Positions 50,929 through 53,490 of a stretch of 53,490 bases of DNA are shown one piece after another. Location: assembly GCF_000143415.4 (NCBI RefSeq), contig NW_003314264.1, positions 210,693 through 264,182 on the forward strand. Direction: 5' to 3'. Within the stretch, counting starts at the first letter, position 1; each line of letters begins with the position of its first letter. The stretch is from Selaginella moellendorffii (Eukaryota; Plantae; Lycopodiophyta). The notes beneath the pieces are model-generated. The model searched no databases. It was not told the origin of the DNA and saw only the letters and a program-made list of their open reading frames with translations. Made by a program: the position numbers and the translations under genes.

Positions 50929-51943
50929 TTACCTCCTAGAAGCAACTGATAGAGAAGGACGAAAACCTCGAAGACGGCGTTTGAAGAACTCATATTCTTC
51001 AATCGCAAACACCGATCTACCAGAGTCACGTGCTGCTTCGACCATCGAACCACTACCTGCTGTGCAATTGATGACAACACCCATAGTTGGGCAATAAAGC
51101 TCAAGTAGGACATGCATCGCCGATGGAGATCGGAACTGATACCCAGACAATGTGTTGCGGATGTCGTCGTCTATGAGATTTGGTATGATGTCAGTAAAGC
51201 TATCATACCCTGGCAAAACCCTTGCAGCACGCTCGCTATCACGAAAACCGTCATTTTCTTTTCTGCAAAACACATGGTAGGTCCACATCATAACCTGAAT
51301 AATAAAACTTTAGAGACAACCAAAACAGAAAATGATTTCTTACCTTCTCTGGCATGCCTAGGACACCTTTGGTCTCGACCCCAACACTATCCATGATGCA
51401 TCCGGAAGAGAACCTCTTGAAGTTGACTCGACTTGCATACCTCATAAGGCAGGACATCCAATGGGGGTCATTCGGGAGAATGAAGGCAACTTGACCGGTT
51501 GTGTGAAGGAGAATTGCTGCCAAAAGGAATGCATCCTTCAAGTGGTCTTTAGTCAGGTTGTTCCAGCTTGGGACATCACCATTAATGTCTGGAAGACCAT
51601 CTGGCATGTCAAAGAGCATGAAGTTTGTGCTCTTGAGCGGTCGCCTATGGATCTTCTGACAAAAGCGCTCCCACTTTTGCCGGATAGCCATATTCTCAGC
51701 ATCCTCCTCAAAAGATGCCATCAATGAACTATAGGAGCCAATAAAGATCCCAACTTCACCACGGCATGCCACTGGAGATACAGGGCAAATCTAGGGGGAG
51801 AAGACAAAGATAAGATGTGAATTTAAGAAAAATTTACATACCGTCATGTGGCGTGTGGTAGATGTAAGTTCCTCCAAGTCCTCTTCTCGAGCATCAAGAC
51901 GAGCTGGAATGAAGTTACTCCCGACAGTTTTTGCTGCAACCAT
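50929..51943 (-). CDS. Beta-class N4/N6 DNA-methyltransferase-like protein, spliced (exons 51943-51842, 51790-51344, 51294-50929)
   Basis: Motif IV-like FMLFDMPDG, then LLHTTGQVAFI, then FRSPSAMHVLLELYCPTMGVVINCTAGSGSMVEAARDSGRSVFAIE (motif X/I). Two phase-0 GT-AG introns of 51 and 49 bp keep the frame open. 5' end uncertain. Confidence 0.75.
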
Positions 51944-52607
51944 TTTGAGGAACTAAGAAAAGGAGAGAATTAAAAGAAATATACCTCGAGAAGTTCCTCG
52001 GTTACGGGGACGTCTTGGATGATCATCATCACTGTTGACTAATTCCTCCAGATGTGGATTTGCTCGCTTTCGTCGAGGTAGAACTTCTTGGACGTTCTGG
52101 TTCTCTTGCTCGACTTCGTCTCGAAGAATCTCGTTCTCACCGCCATCTTCACTCTGCTCGCCATTGGCACCAACAGGGTCGACATTCTCATGGCCATCAT
52201 CTTCGTCATCATTGTTGCCTCTTGCAGCCTCATGGTGGGTTGGTTCATAATCTGGCATCTCCAATTCCCAAGGACAAGCGCGCTTTATTGCTGCTGGAAA
52301 CTTCATTGTTGTCGGGTACATGCCTCCATCTCTCACACCATGCCTCAGGAGGCGTGTGCATACCGGTGTTTCGAGAGGAACACCTCTATATTGGAGATAC
52401 CTATAATAGAATATAAATTATTGAGTATAGTTGAGAAATTGTATGTTACCTAAAAGCCGCTCGACGCATGAAGTAAGGTTGGCCAAGTTCTTTATCAAAT
52501 GGAGTCGTGCTTGTGGCCTTCTTTGGCAGCCAGTCCTCTCCAAGTTTTGTAAGCTCAATGGTAACGCAGTCCTGGAAATGGAAGTTGCTCAAGATCATCC
52601 CTTACTT

Positions 52608-53490
52608 TTAAACTACTCCAATATCCTGCATCTCATCGTCATCTTCAACCTCATGATCTTCGACCTCACGATCTTCGACATCATCTCCATCTTCCTCTTC
52701 CTGTCCTGACTCAAGCTCGTCTTCAGGATGAGGAACTGTCTCTAGGACTTTGTAGCTTACAAACTTGTCGTAATCACGATCATTTTTGCAGGTTAACAAC
52801 CTGGTGTTGCAAGCCACAAAAACCAGATCCGCTGTCCTGTCCATGGTAAGTCTGTTCCTCTTTTTTGAAGAAACATGCTCGAAAGTACTGAACAATCTCT
52901 CCACCGAGGACGACGAGCATGCCTGACTTAGAACTCGAATGGCCAACTTCTGAAGAGCTGGAGTTTCATAACCATAGTCCTCCCACCAACGTACAGCTCC
53001 CCTCTTAGTGCGATCAGCCTTAGCATCATATGAGTTGAAAATGCCTCCTATCCTCCGGTAAGTTAAAAGCTCATCACGTATCACATCCCTCTCACTGGAT
53101 GTAAACATGGCCAGCAGATAAGCATTCCAGTCCTTCATGACCTCTCTGTTAGCATGCTTTTCATACTCCTGAAACTTGGGGTCCAACATGTACGCCACCG
53201 AGTGCATGAGCGAGTGATACTCATGCCACCTATTAGACATGATCTGATGAAGTTCCCTGTACCTGCCATAATCCGACTGTCCTTCCTCTAAACTTGCATC
53301 CAACCTGTTCATGCACTCATATATCTTTCCAATCGCAGGTATATCACCGTCCACAACACGAAGAAGCAGCATAACATCCTTGGACACCTCTAGCATGTCT
53401 TTAACCTGTTGCCAGAAACTGTCATCAAAAACCGTTGCATAACTGTCCCTTCCTGCTCTCGACTTCGACTCAGGCCTTGCTCTGTACGCA
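52608..53490 (-). CDS. hAT-family transposase C-terminal part with dimerization domain (5' end outside the window)
   Basis: HSVAYMLDP; WWEDYG.ETPALQKLAIRVLSQACSSSSVERLFSTF..SKKRNRL..DLVFV. Confidence 0.92.
   Translation of the reverse strand, partial: AYRARPESKSRAGRDSYATVFDDSFWQQVKDMLEVSKDVMLLLRVVDGDIPAIGKIYECMNRLDASLEEGQSDYGRYRELHQIMSNRWHEYHSLMHSVAYMLDPKFQEYEKHANREVMKDWNAYLLAMFTSSERDVIRDELLTYRRIGGIFNSYDAKADRTKRGAVRWWEDYGYETPALQKLAIRVLSQACSSSSVERLFSTFEHVSSKKRNRLTMDRTADLVFVACNTRLLTCKNDRDYDKFVSYKVLETVPHPEDELESGQEEEDGDDVEDREVEDHEVEDDDEMQDIGVV

Larger units (their letters stand above)
48056..53490 (-). mobile_element. Putative hAT DNA transposon with cargo genes (left boundary approximate; runs off the window)
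   Basis: Homology to the C 3' UTR stops abruptly near 48055, followed by subterminal-like gttgagctca repeats; hAT transposase at the far end. The partner TIR is not visible. Confidence 0.55.

Noticed and set aside
51953-52336. Acidic ORF as a separate gene or a hAT-MTase fusion exon
   Set aside because: The candidate 32-bp intron gives a phase mismatch; it may be a downstream transposase exon, but this cannot be resolved from sequence alone.

Overview
Eukaryotic, TE-dense plant DNA with no ordinary host gene. Very short GT-AG introns (45-56 bp), tRNA-iMet primer-binding sites, TTTAGGG telo-boxes and chromoviral Ty3/gypsy elements suggest a non-seed land plant (inference). The window is a stack of nested insertions. 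(i) A decayed gypsy element at 1-3889. (ii) A LINE zf-RVT fragment split exactly by a large TIR DNA transposon (4949-38663; 24-bp TIRs; CGATC target duplication; about 13.8 kb once nested LTR elements are removed). This transposon carries a Sola1/DUF7869-like transposase pseudogene and a divergent multi-exon cargo gene (ParB/Srx-like domain, degenerate beta-class DNA-methyltransferase-like fold, acidic linker, FCP1/NIF-type HAD domain). It also holds about 25 copies of a 22-bp palindrome, ATGGCRTG-N6-CAYGCCAT, several inside the cargo introns. (iii) Inside it, gypsy element A (16074-35957) hosts non-autonomous element B (18835-26076) and a second A-family copy C (26764-34093). C has two spliceosomal introns in its integrase and a 5S-bearing Cassandra-like TRIM unit in its leader. 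(iv) Older fragments of the same families at 40.5-48 kb. (v) The left part of a hAT element (about 48056 to the end) with an N4/N6 DNA-methyltransferase-like gene, two tandem Zn-finger genes and a small ORF homologous to one in the Sola-like element. Domain calls come from motif recognition by eye, not database searches.
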